A stretch of 32,000 nt of DNA from Candidatus Iainarchaeum sp. GTDB lineage: Archaea > Iainarchaeota > Iainarchaeia > Iainarchaeales > 0-14-0-20-30-16. The stretch is taken from contig JAQTTP010000005.1 in assembly GCA_028710695.1 (NCBI GenBank), positions 1-32,000 of the forward strand, given 5' to 3'. Below the pieces are notes generated by a model that worked only from the letters and a program-made list of their open reading frames with translations, was not told the origin of the DNA and did not search any database. The translations under genes and the position numbers were made by a program. Of the stretch, positions 1 through 8,500 are shown one piece after another. Each line of letters opens with the position of its first letter. Within the stretch, counting starts at the first letter, position 1.

Positions 1-370
1 CATAATCAAAAAAGATTTTCATTTCATCATAAGTCATTGTTTTTGCTCTATCTACTATGACCATATCATAGTTGCTGATTTTTGAATAGTCCACAACATA
101 GTCTAGTGGTTTTATATCAACATATTTCTTTATTGTAAGAACTGTTCTATCCTCAAATAAAGCCTTAAGTTTAAACGGATCTCCAATACCATCCGCACCA
201 TATACAATTAGAATATCGGGCTGGCCCATTATCCCATAATAAACACTACACCACCCAGGAATATCTCCACATTTCACAATATTTACCCAGGTAAGGAGCA
301 TCAAAAGGACAAATATCAATAGAACCACAGGTATTACTTTCTTCACTATATTCCAAGCATTAACCGCCAT
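1..370 (-). CDS. Partial membrane-anchored protein, possibly glutamine-amidotransferase-like fold (C-terminus beyond window edge)
   Basis: Hand translation of the reverse strand from ATG at 370 gives MAVNAWNIVKKVIPVVLLIFVLLMLLTWVNIVKCGDIPGWC...QPDILIVYGADGIGDP...DYSKISNYDMVIVDRAKTMTYDEMKIFFDY, open to base 1. N-terminal TM segment. The 'YDMVIVDRAKTMTYDEMKIF' style resembles GATase1-like domains (weak). Not in the ORF track because it is truncated. Confidence 0.6.
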   Translation of the reverse strand, partial: MAVNAWNIVKKVIPVVLLIFVLLMLLTWVNIVKCGDIPGWCSVYYGIMGQPDILIVYGADGIGDPFKLKALFEDRTVLTIKKYVDIKPLDYVVDYSKISNYDMVIVDRAKTMTYDEMKIFFDY

Positions 371-388
371 AGTCACCACAATACCTAA

Positions 389-1111
389 TCATTTAAAGCT
401 TACTTCCTGGCCATTCTGCTTAACAGTAAGCAAGTCGCAGGTTCCATCAAAATAATAACCATCATTCCTAAGTTCTATATTTCCAATATAGTTTTTCATA
501 TTAATATAAGCTTTGTCAAGGACTGTCGAATATGAATTTATCACTAAAGTCCCAGAAACTCCTGCTCTTTCTAAAGTGAATTTCACATTTTTTACTATTA
601 AATTATCAACAGAAATCTTTACTTTTTGTTGGTCTTTAAATTCAACTTCCGCACCATCGCTAATTACTTTTTTCACTGTTCCAACAAGTTCATATCCCGT
701 ATCTACTGCCTTGATGGTGCCTTCAAAATTATATACTGTTGGGTTATTCAACTTTATTGTTGTACCATCAGCTCTTGTAATTATTGTTTCTCCAGAAAAA
801 GAAACCTCTTTATCTGAAAAGTTTGATTCTGCAATCCCAGATATAGAACCAACCACACTTGCTTTTTTGGGTTCTGAATTAATGTCTGTGTTTACATCTG
901 CCTGGGCAACAACATCTTTGTTATAATCTAAACTCTTACTCACATCTGTTCCTGTACCGGCCCCAGAGTCATTATTATCAAAAACAGAATCTATTGAAAA
1001 ATCTGTTCCACCGATTTTCTTTCCAAAAAAGACAAATACTAAAAGAAGAACTAAAACAACAATAAGAATTACCACTACTGCCATATTCCCTTTCTGATTA
1101 ATACTACCCAT
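389..1111 (-). CDS. Membrane-anchored secreted protein of unknown function
   Basis: 240-aa ORF with an N-terminal hydrophobic segment (MAVVVILIVVLVLLLVFVFFG), a Ser/Asp-rich linker and a beta-rich C-terminal region; GTGAT SD-like motif just upstream of ATG (1115-1119). Confidence 0.75.
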   Translation of the reverse strand: MGSINQKGNMAVVVILIVVLVLLLVFVFFGKKIGGTDFSIDSVFDNNDSGAGTGTDVSKSLDYNKDVVAQADVNTDINSEPKKASVVGSISGIAESNFSDKEVSFSGETIITRADGTTIKLNNPTVYNFEGTIKAVDTGYELVGTVKKVISDGAEVEFKDQQKVKISVDNLIVKNVKFTLERAGVSGTLVINSYSTVLDKAYINMKNYIGNIELRNDGYYFDGTCDLLTVKQNGQEVSFK

Positions 1112-1220
1112 ATAATCACTTAATTCATATAATAACTCAAACGTTGACGTATATAAAATGTTAAATAGGTTTATATTATTTTACCTTTACAGATATATAA
1201 GTATATGTAAGGTGTTAAAA

Positions 1221-1391
1221 ATGAAATTCATGAAAAGAAAGAATAATGATGGTATGGGTCCAAGATCATCTTTAGGACTATTAAGCTTTAATGAGCACTC
1301 AAAAAGTATAATAAAATTGACTCCAGAGTTAGTAATAACTATTTCTCTTGTTTTCGGAGTACTAATAATGGCTTTGGTAATGATTTTTTAA
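1221..1391 (+). CDS. Preprotein translocase Sec61-beta-like subunit (SecG/Sbh family)
   Basis: MKFMKRKNNDGMGPRSSLGLLSFNEHSKSIIKLTPELVITISLVFGVLIMALVMIF: small tail-anchored protein with the archaeal Sec61-beta pattern (G..SSAGLL.F.E....IKL.P..V). ATG at 1221 is preceded by AAGGTG; the 1158 start in the track adds an implausible leader. Confidence 0.75.
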   Translation: MKFMKRKNNDGMGPRSSLGLLSFNEHSKSIIKLTPELVITISLVFGVLIMALVMIF

Positions 1392-1444
1392 TTCCTGAGT
1401 AGGGCACAAATAGTATTAGTTAAATCACAATATAAATAAAAAAG

Positions 1445-1460
1445 AGGGAAATAATTCCCT
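1445..1460 (-). terminator. Hairpin/T-run terminator-like element after the beta-CASP RNase gene, possibly bidirectional
   Basis: AGGGAA-ATAA-TTCCCT perfect 6-bp inverted repeat between convergent genes (ends 1391 and 1467). On the - strand it is followed by CTCTTTTTTATTT, on the + strand by ATACTTTCATTTTTT. Confidence 0.5.
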
Positions 1461-1466
1461 ATACTT

Positions 1467-2747
1467 TCATTTTTTCTTATTATATTCTATTACATCTCCA
1501 TTCTTTGGAGCTATTGCTTTTAAGCCAAGGTCTTCTTCTATTTTTTTGACATAAGCTGGCATTACAGTTTCGTCTCCGTGGACACAAACAACTAATTCTG
1601 GGTTCCAAGCAGAAATAACTTGGAATAAATTGTTTCTTCCTGCGTGTGCTGAAAAATCAAATTTCTTGATTTCTCCTTCCCACTTATATAAGCCGCCATC
1701 AATTTCAATCTCGCCTTCTTTAAGCAAAATATCTCCTTTAGTTTCTTGAACTTGAAAACCAGTAAGGTACACTGAGTTCTCTGCGTTTCTGCAAAGTCTT
1801 TTGAAGTAATATAAAACCGGGCCGCCCTCAACCATTCCAGCAGTTGTTACTATTATTGCTTGCTTTTTTACAAGCTCTTCTCTCTGCTTTTGAGTTTTAA
1901 CTTTTATTGTTTTGTTCATTGCCTGGCGTAAGTTATATGCTTCTTTAAAGTAATTAGGATACTGCAAATAAACTGCAGAAACTTTTTGGCCCATACCGTC
2001 TAGATATAATGGAACATTAAAGTTTTCTTCCGCAATTATTCCTAGCATTTCTTGTGCCCTTCCTAAAGCAAAGGCTGGGATTAAAACACTTCCACCTTTA
2101 TCTAATGTTTTTTTGATGCTATTTACAAAATCTCTTTCTATCTTTGTTCTGTCAGGGTGATCTCTGTCTCCATAGGTACTTTCAATTATTAGAACATCAA
2201 TATCTTTGTCTAAGTCATAATCTGCACCATAGTGTAATCTAGTTTCATCAACTTTGAAATCACCTGTGTATAGAACATTACCTTCTTTAGTTTCAAGCAA
2301 AGGCATTCCACTTCCTAATATGTGCCCTGCATCATAAAAAGTCAAAGACATATCTTTTGTGATTCTTATTGGTTTACGATAATTCATTTTTTTTGTTTTA
2401 CTATCTGCTATCTTGCTTTGTTCCTTATTATATTCTGGTTTTCTATCCTCAATTCTTGCAATCTTCTGCGCATCTTTCCACAGTATATCACAGATATCCA
2501 AAGTAGGAGTTGTCATATACAAATCTGGGTTGTTACCACCAAATAACGCAGGTATCAATCCAGAGTGATCCATATGTGCATGGCTCAATATAACTGCGTC
2601 TAGATTAACATCTGGCTTTTGCGGATACTCAATTCCATAGGGTTCTATTTTTATTCCATAGTCCAACAACACATTGGACTGTTTTGTGCTTACCAGATAT
2701 GATGCACGCCCTACTTCACGTCCGCCCCCTAATACTTTTATCTTCAT
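1467..2747 (-). CDS. Archaeal beta-CASP metallo-beta-lactamase ribonuclease (aCPSF2-like)
   Basis: HAHMDHSG metal-binding motif, YTGDFK, ESTYGDR, AFALGRAQEML, and a late SAHA motif; no N-terminal KH extension. Confidence 0.85.
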   Translation of the reverse strand: MKIKVLGGGREVGRASYLVSTKQSNVLLDYGIKIEPYGIEYPQKPDVNLDAVILSHAHMDHSGLIPALFGGNNPDLYMTTPTLDICDILWKDAQKIARIEDRKPEYNKEQSKIADSKTKKMNYRKPIRITKDMSLTFYDAGHILGSGMPLLETKEGNVLYTGDFKVDETRLHYGADYDLDKDIDVLIIESTYGDRDHPDRTKIERDFVNSIKKTLDKGGSVLIPAFALGRAQEMLGIIAEENFNVPLYLDGMGQKVSAVYLQYPNYFKEAYNLRQAMNKTIKVKTQKQREELVKKQAIIVTTAGMVEGGPVLYYFKRLCRNAENSVYLTGFQVQETKGDILLKEGEIEIDGGLYKWEGEIKKFDFSAHAGRNNLFQVISAWNPELVVCVHGDETVMPAYVKKIEEDLGLKAIAPKNGDVIEYNKKK

Positions 2748-2877
2748 TTTTATTCACGCTCCTCGAATTTGTTTTTTTTCTAGCTTTTTTCAAAAAAGCC
2801 AATAATAATAAAGCAAATAATAGGCCCAAGACTGCAATTATCAAAAACAGACCAATGCCTAATAACCAATAATCCAT
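2716..2877 (-). CDS. Putative small single-pass membrane protein
   Basis: Hand translation: MDYWLLGIGLFLIIAVLGLLFALLLLAFLKKARKKTNSRSVNKNEDKSIRGRT. TM helix followed by a basic tail; fills the TatD-RNase gap and overlaps the RNase start by 32 nt. Confidence 0.4.
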   Translation of the reverse strand: MDYWLLGIGLFLIIAVLGLLFALLLLAFLKKARKKTNSRSVNKNEDKSIRGRT

Positions 2878-2891
2878 CGTCCCACACTCTA

Positions 2892-3623
2892 CTAGTGCAC
2901 TATTTCTTTAAAATTCTTTTTTTGCATCTTTTCTAATTCCTTTAACTGTATATTAAAATCATTGCAGAATTTATTAATTACCTCTTTTAGCTCAAAAGAC
3001 GCATATGCTTTCCCAGAGATTTCTACTGGGTAGTCAGTCTCAAACAGAATCAAGTTTTTGTCTATTTTCTCGATCATTGCTTTTTGCTCATCATGAAATA
3101 AATATGTGGGCCCGAGGTTTATATAATATTCTTTGTCTGCCACTTTTCTAAGATATTTTTCAGAATTACAGAACCAATGCATAATCACTTTTTCTTGCTT
3201 GTTTTTTTCTAATATTTCCACTACTTGTCTCTGTGCATATCTAGAATGAACATTAACATAAACATCATATTCTTTTGCTAAATCCAGAACTTTTTGGAAT
3301 ATTTCATTCTGCTCTTTCTTCTGTGCGTCATCTGCAAATTTAAAATCTAATCCTATCTCCCCAATAAAGAATTTTCCTTTCTGAGTTTCCAAGATCTTTT
3401 CAAACTCTTTCAAATCTTTTTTTGTGGATTCTAAAGGATAAAGCCCAAATCCTGGGACAACCTCTTTATATTTTTCAGCCAATTCTTTTGTTTGAAAATT
3501 AGATTTCAAAGAAGTAGAGTTAACAAAAAAATAATCAAGTCCATTTTTTTTAGACAACTCTAAATATTTTTTTATTTCATCTTCTTTCAAGTGATCTAAA
3601 TGAAGATGTGCATCAAAAAACAA
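2892..3623 (-). CDS. TatD-family metal-dependent hydrolase/DNase
   Basis: DAHLHLDH, GEIGLDF, VNVHSR, MHWF and FETDYP motifs in TatD order. Confidence 0.85.
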   Translation of the reverse strand: MFFDAHLHLDHLKEDEIKKYLELSKKNGLDYFFVNSTSLKSNFQTKELAEKYKEVVPGFGLYPLESTKKDLKEFEKILETQKGKFFIGEIGLDFKFADDAQKKEQNEIFQKVLDLAKEYDVYVNVHSRYAQRQVVEILEKNKQEKVIMHWFCNSEKYLRKVADKEYYINLGPTYLFHDEQKAMIEKIDKNLILFETDYPVEISGKAYASFELKEVINKFCNDFNIQLKELEKMQKKNFKEIVH

Positions 3624-3625
3624 TT

Positions 3626-3868
3626 CTAATCCCCTTCATCATCTTCTTCACAACAATCTTCTTCGTCATCTTCAGAGTCATAATCTAAAGATACCTTTCC
3701 GGAGCCATTAAAATCCAGATTAAAAGGCATTATCTTTACCGCTTTTTCTGTTACCTTTGCAATATACAAGCTATTCCCACAGCAAGGGCATTCTATTATA
3801 CTCTCTGCTTTTGCATTATCATTAAATTTCCCCTCACACACTGGGCAAAGTACATTAATCTTTTTCAT
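3626..3868 (-). CDS. Small zinc-ribbon protein with acidic tail
   Basis: MKKINVLCPVCEGKF...IIECPCCGNSLYIA...: two CPxC/CPCC knuckles; C-terminus DYDSEDDEEDCCEEDDEGD. ATG at 3868 preferred over the longer track start. Confidence 0.7.
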   Translation of the reverse strand: MKKINVLCPVCEGKFNDNAKAESIIECPCCGNSLYIAKVTEKAVKIMPFNLDFNGSGKVSLDYDSEDDEEDCCEEDDEGD

Positions 3869-4469
3869 TTTTAAACACCTTTTTGTTTTTATAAATATAA
3901 TATATAACATATGCTAATATTATTGTAGTAGCAAGGCCTGCAACAAGCCAAGAATACTCTACAGCAACATCATAATTTTTCCCAATAAAGTATCCTAATG
4001 CAAGCAAAATTGCAACCCATATTCCAGAACCAAGAACAGTGTATAAACAAAATTTAAACAAGTTCATTCTTGCCAGTCCTGCAGGCAAGGAAATCAAATG
4101 GCGTATTCCAAAAATCAATCTTCCTGTGAAAGTAGTTATTTCGCCATGTTTTTCAAAAAAAGCATCTACTTTTGCCATTCTTGATTTAGTTAATAAAAAA
4201 TACTTTCCGTATTTGTCAATAAATGGCCTTCCAAGTAACAAGGCAAGATAGTAATTGAACAGTGCACCTAACAGGCTACCTATTACCCCACACACCCATG
4301 CAAGCAAAAGATTCATTTGACCCTGTGATGCAAGATAACCTGCAGGTATCATTATCAATTCAGATGGCAGAGGAAAGAAAGAGCTTTCAATAGCCATTAA
4401 AAGAATTATACCCCAATAGCCTAAGAGCCCAACACTGCTTACTAACCACAAAGCAATACTTTCAAGCAT
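3855..4469 (-). CDS. DedA/SNARE-associated family integral membrane protein
   Basis: 204-aa polytopic protein with PLPSELIMIPAGYLA and GRFIFGIRHLISLPAGLARM motifs. Confidence 0.85.
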   Translation of the reverse strand: MLESIALWLVSSVGLLGYWGIILLMAIESSFFPLPSELIMIPAGYLASQGQMNLLLAWVCGVIGSLLGALFNYYLALLLGRPFIDKYGKYFLLTKSRMAKVDAFFEKHGEITTFTGRLIFGIRHLISLPAGLARMNLFKFCLYTVLGSGIWVAILLALGYFIGKNYDVAVEYSWLVAGLATTIILAYVIYYIYKNKKVFKNEKD

Positions 4470-4502
4470 TATTTAATCACACTCAGGAGCCAAGTTTGCC
4501 CT

Positions 4503-5531
4503 TTATTTCTTATATGCATCTTCCACAAGCTTTTTGTTTTCGCCTTTTTCAAATGCTTTTCTAACTGGGTCCAACAAATCCACAAGGACATTTGCCACTG
4601 CGGTCTTCAAATCTAAGGGATGTAATTTCTTTTCAGCATAGATTTTTTCTAATTCTGCGTATGTTTTGAATTCTAGATTTCCGCCAAATTTTTCTGGCCT
4701 CGTAACCACAAAAGTCTTTCCAGTTCTTTTAAAATATGGAAATAATACTGCTTTAGTGAACATTAGAATTGCATTATTTTCAACTGTGTCAGTACAAAAT
4801 GCTTTCTTCATTTTGCTTTGTATAATCTCTGGAGTGTCCAATAAATCTATTTTTGATTCTTCAACAGACGAAGACATTTTATCTCCTGTTAATCCAGGCA
4901 ACATAGGATTCATAAAATGTATTCTTTGTTTATAACCGATTTTTGGTAAATATTCATGTGCTAAAACAAATATCTTTCTCTGATCTGATCCACCAAACTG
5001 GGCATCAACTTTCAAATACTCTTCATCCAAAGCTTGCAATAAAGGATATAACAAAGGTGCCATCTTTGGATTCTCTGATTGTTTTACAACCTCGGCGCCT
5101 GCTTTCTTTGCTTCTGCATTAGTAACTATATTTGCAAATCTATACATATCTTTTGTATACTCCTTGCTAAGTTGATAATCACTACCTTTAACAAATTCAA
5201 GCTTTTCAACAGGCACTTTCATTGCCTTAAGAGTTTCTTTTATTATTTTTTCATAATACTTAGACCTTAGATCTAACAACTCTTCTGGAGTTTTCTGACT
5301 GTCCAAAAAAGCATGAATATCTGCAATTAATACTTTCACTTTAGAGCCTGCTTCCAAAAAGTCAGCAAGTTTTGTAAAAGGGATTAGATACCCAATATGT
5401 ATTCTGCCAGTTGGTGCAGTACCCCAATATATTGCTAAATCTCGTTCTTTGATTACTTTATCTAGCTCTGCCTCGTTGATTACTTCTTCCAATCCTCTTA
5501 TTATCAATTCTTTCTTTTCTTTTGTATTCAT
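4503..5531 (-). CDS. tyrS: Tyrosyl-tRNA synthetase
   Basis: Class I signatures GRIHIGYLIP and GDKMSSSVEESKIDLLD, plus YPLLQALDEEYLKVDAQFGGSDQRKIF, typical of archaeal TyrRS. ATG at 5531 preceded by GTGATAACT; the track uses GTG at 5540. Confidence 0.92.
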   Translation of the reverse strand: MNTKEKKELIIRGLEEVINEAELDKVIKERDLAIYWGTAPTGRIHIGYLIPFTKLADFLEAGSKVKVLIADIHAFLDSQKTPEELLDLRSKYYEKIIKETLKAMKVPVEKLEFVKGSDYQLSKEYTKDMYRFANIVTNAEAKKAGAEVVKQSENPKMAPLLYPLLQALDEEYLKVDAQFGGSDQRKIFVLAHEYLPKIGYKQRIHFMNPMLPGLTGDKMSSSVEESKIDLLDTPEIIQSKMKKAFCTDTVENNAILMFTKAVLFPYFKRTGKTFVVTRPEKFGGNLEFKTYAELEKIYAEKKLHPLDLKTAVANVLVDLLDPVRKAFEKGENKKLVEDAYKK

Positions 5532-5539
5532 AGTTATCA

Positions 5540-8500
5540 CTAATTATTTACATCGCCATAATCCAATTCTGAGAATCTTTTTGAGAACTCAACTAAAAAT
5601 TGCTCTGGATCTTTTATTGTAGTACCAAATATCTTTATAAATCGTTCATGAGCTTTTCTAAAACGATTTATATCCAAAAAATTACTGTATGTTAACAAGT
5701 TTTCTATTGCATTTGTAACAGAAAGTGGTCCATACTTCCAATTCTCATTATAATAAAGGTCATCAAAAGGCCTTATTGCTTCAATATATTTTGCTAACAA
5801 CTTATAATGCTCTGTAGCCCCATATTTTTGTTTTATATGTGCTATTGAAAATTGTTTTATTACTGAATCATTAGCAGCAAAACCTTTTTCTTTCAAGATT
5901 GGATCGTCTTTGAGACCATACGGGTCAGAATAGCGCAAATCCAAAACTCTTTGTCTATAAGCCAATACGTCATCATAACTTAATTTTGCAGGATCAATTG
6001 ACTTTAATTCCTCAACACCCATTTCCTTAAAACGATCTACTGGCTTCTCTGGTGGTTTTGGTAATTCATGTACTGTTCCAGAACCGGCCTTTTTTTCTCC
6101 ACCTACTGGTGCAAGGGGATTTGGAGGAGCATTATCTCTTATCTTCAAAAATTCCATTATTCTTGCTCTATCTTGTTTGAAGAATTCTTGTGGATATTTT
6201 TCCATCTTGCCATCTTGATAAAGTTGCTCCATTGTTTTAAAAAAATCAAATATTTTTTCTCTATGACTCTCCAAAAGTTCTGGAAAGTTTTTTGCAAAAG
6301 CAAATGATATATTTGTTATGACAGACGCTAAACTATGATATTCTCTACTTAAGCCCAGCCCTCTTTCTTTTTTTGCAATACCATTTAATCTCTCTGGAAG
6401 CAAAATTAAGACATTAACAATACCATCATTCAAAACCTTTTTCTTTTGTTCAGGGTTTAAATACTTGCTTTCTTGTACGCCCCTAACCCAGTCCTCTGAA
6501 CTTGCAATCCCTGGCAGTCCAATTTTTCCTTCTCTGTAAACTATCTCCTTATAGTGATTAACTGTTTTATCATCTACAAGCTCTGCTATTACTGCCTTTG
6601 CTCTTTTAAAATCAGCATCAGGAATTCCATAAAGATTATCTGGATCTGCTGCTTGTGGCTTAGGTGCTTCCTTTAGCTTTTTTTCTTCTGTCTTTTTTAC
6701 ATCTACTACAGGCTTAGGAGGTTCTTCTTTCTCGCCTTCCGGAGCCGTGTGTTCTGGATGTTTTTCATAATAATCTAGTAATATTGGCAGTGCAGTCACT
6801 CTAGACATATCGGGGGTAATGCCCACTGGCTTTAAGGTCTCAGCATTTACTTCATATTTACCAAACATTTTCTTTAAAATTACTTGATATACTTGCCTAC
6901 ACATAAGTTGTGCTAGATCTAATGCTTTGCCCGCATGCAAAGAATCAATCTTTGCAAGATCATCTTTATTCTGCTCTCTTATAATCTCAAAACTACGATC
7001 ATCAATACCTTGTTCCTCAAGGAATGCTAATGCTCTTTTTGCCAGATCAACAAGTTCTACTGTTTTCTTTGCTGTGTATTGACCTGCTTGTGCAGACCAA
7101 GTTTTATATCTTGGATCTTCTGATTTTTTCTCTTCACCTTTTTTTGTTCTTTCTACAAGACGGTCTAGCCCATCTTTTGCAATACTATTTTCTGGATCCA
7201 ATTCTAACACTTTTCTATATGCTGCTATTGCCTCTTTATCTTTTCTTTGACTTCTTAATGCAGTAGCATAGTTGATCCAAGTGCTTATATCTTTTGGATT
7301 AAGATCTAATACTTTTCTAAAATTTACCTCTGCATCAGCATATTTCCCCAAATTTAATAACTGTACTCCTTCTGATTTAAGAAGCCCACGTTTGATATTT
7401 TCTTTTTCTTTTTCTTTTTCTTCTACTTCAGCTTCTGCTAGTCTTCTATCAAGTTCTTTATCAGACATTTCTGGAAGGCTTTGTGTATGTTCACCAGGCA
7501 AAGAAGGTAATCCATCTTCTTCATAATCTGTTACTTTTAACTCTTGCCTTGGTTCTGGCCCTGGTTGTGGTGCAGGCAATAGTAATGGTTTAGCCCCTTC
7601 AGGAAGTTGTGCTACGGGTTTAGGCTCTGCTAATTTTCTATCTTCTTTTGGAGGCTCTAATCTTTTGGGTTCTTCTTGCTTTTTTTCAGGAAGTTTTTTA
7701 TTTCCCTCTTTTTTCACGCCTTCGGGTTTACCCAAAGTATCAATTAAAACAGTTTTTCCTGGTTTCTCTTCTGCACCTTCCGGAGTCAAGTCTTCAAATT
7801 CTTCTAAGATACGCCTTTTCAACATAGACATACGTCTTGTTCTTTCAGCACCCACAGGCAGTGCAAGTATAGATTCGAAGTTGTGTCTTAAATGTCCTAC
7901 TACTTTTGTAGATAAACCTGCTTGTTCTAGTTCGCCCACTTGGGCCAAAGGTTCAGCACTCTTTGGAGTTAATTTGCCTTTTGGAGGTTCTTTTATTTCT
8001 TTTTCTGGCAGTTTAGGCCTTATTTGTTTTTTATCATCTTTAGGCGGTTCAGGGCCTTTCTTTCCTGCTTCTAGTTCTTTATGCCCAAGAAATTCTCTTA
8101 TCACTCTAATCTTATCATCTGACCAGGTTATTTTTTTCTCAGCTCTAACTTTTTCTAATTCTGCAAAAAGCTGCCTCATTCTTGCTTTATAAGGTTCCAA
8201 AAGTTCTGGAACATTTCTTATAATACCTTCCAAGGCATTATATGCTCCCTCAAATATATGGTCCCTACTTAGGTGAGCAGGAGATTCTTTTATGTGTTCT
8301 AAGTCTTCAGTTACAAAATACAGATTTTCGTTAATACCATTTTTCAGAACTTGTTCTTTTTGTTCTGGAGTTAGATATTTACTGCTTTTTACGCCTTTGA
8401 CCCATTCATCAGCCGATGCTGCCACTAATTCTCCGATTTGACCCTTTAAATTCTGTTTCTCATTAAAAGATTCTCGGCTCCCAAGAGAATTCAAAGCTTT

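Noticed and set aside
1158-1220. N-terminal extension MLNRFILFYLYRYISICKVLK of the Sec61-beta-like ORF
   Set aside because: Family proteins start close to the GPRSS motif, and ATG 1221 has an AAGGTG SD; the extension overlaps likely promoter/leader sequence.
7402-7420. (CTTTTT)3 short tandem repeat
   Set aside because: Encodes Lys/Glu codons in a charged linker of the giant protein (EEKEKEKEN); coding low complexity is sufficient explanation.
7665-8192. 175-aa + strand ORF opposite the giant gene
   Set aside because: Ser/Phe/Pro-rich translation is what the complement of a Lys/Glu/Pro/Gly-rich coding sequence produces; no RBS or motif. The same applies to 10279..10620, 10416..11102, 10810..11115, 6068..6307, 7024..7266 and 7272..7526.
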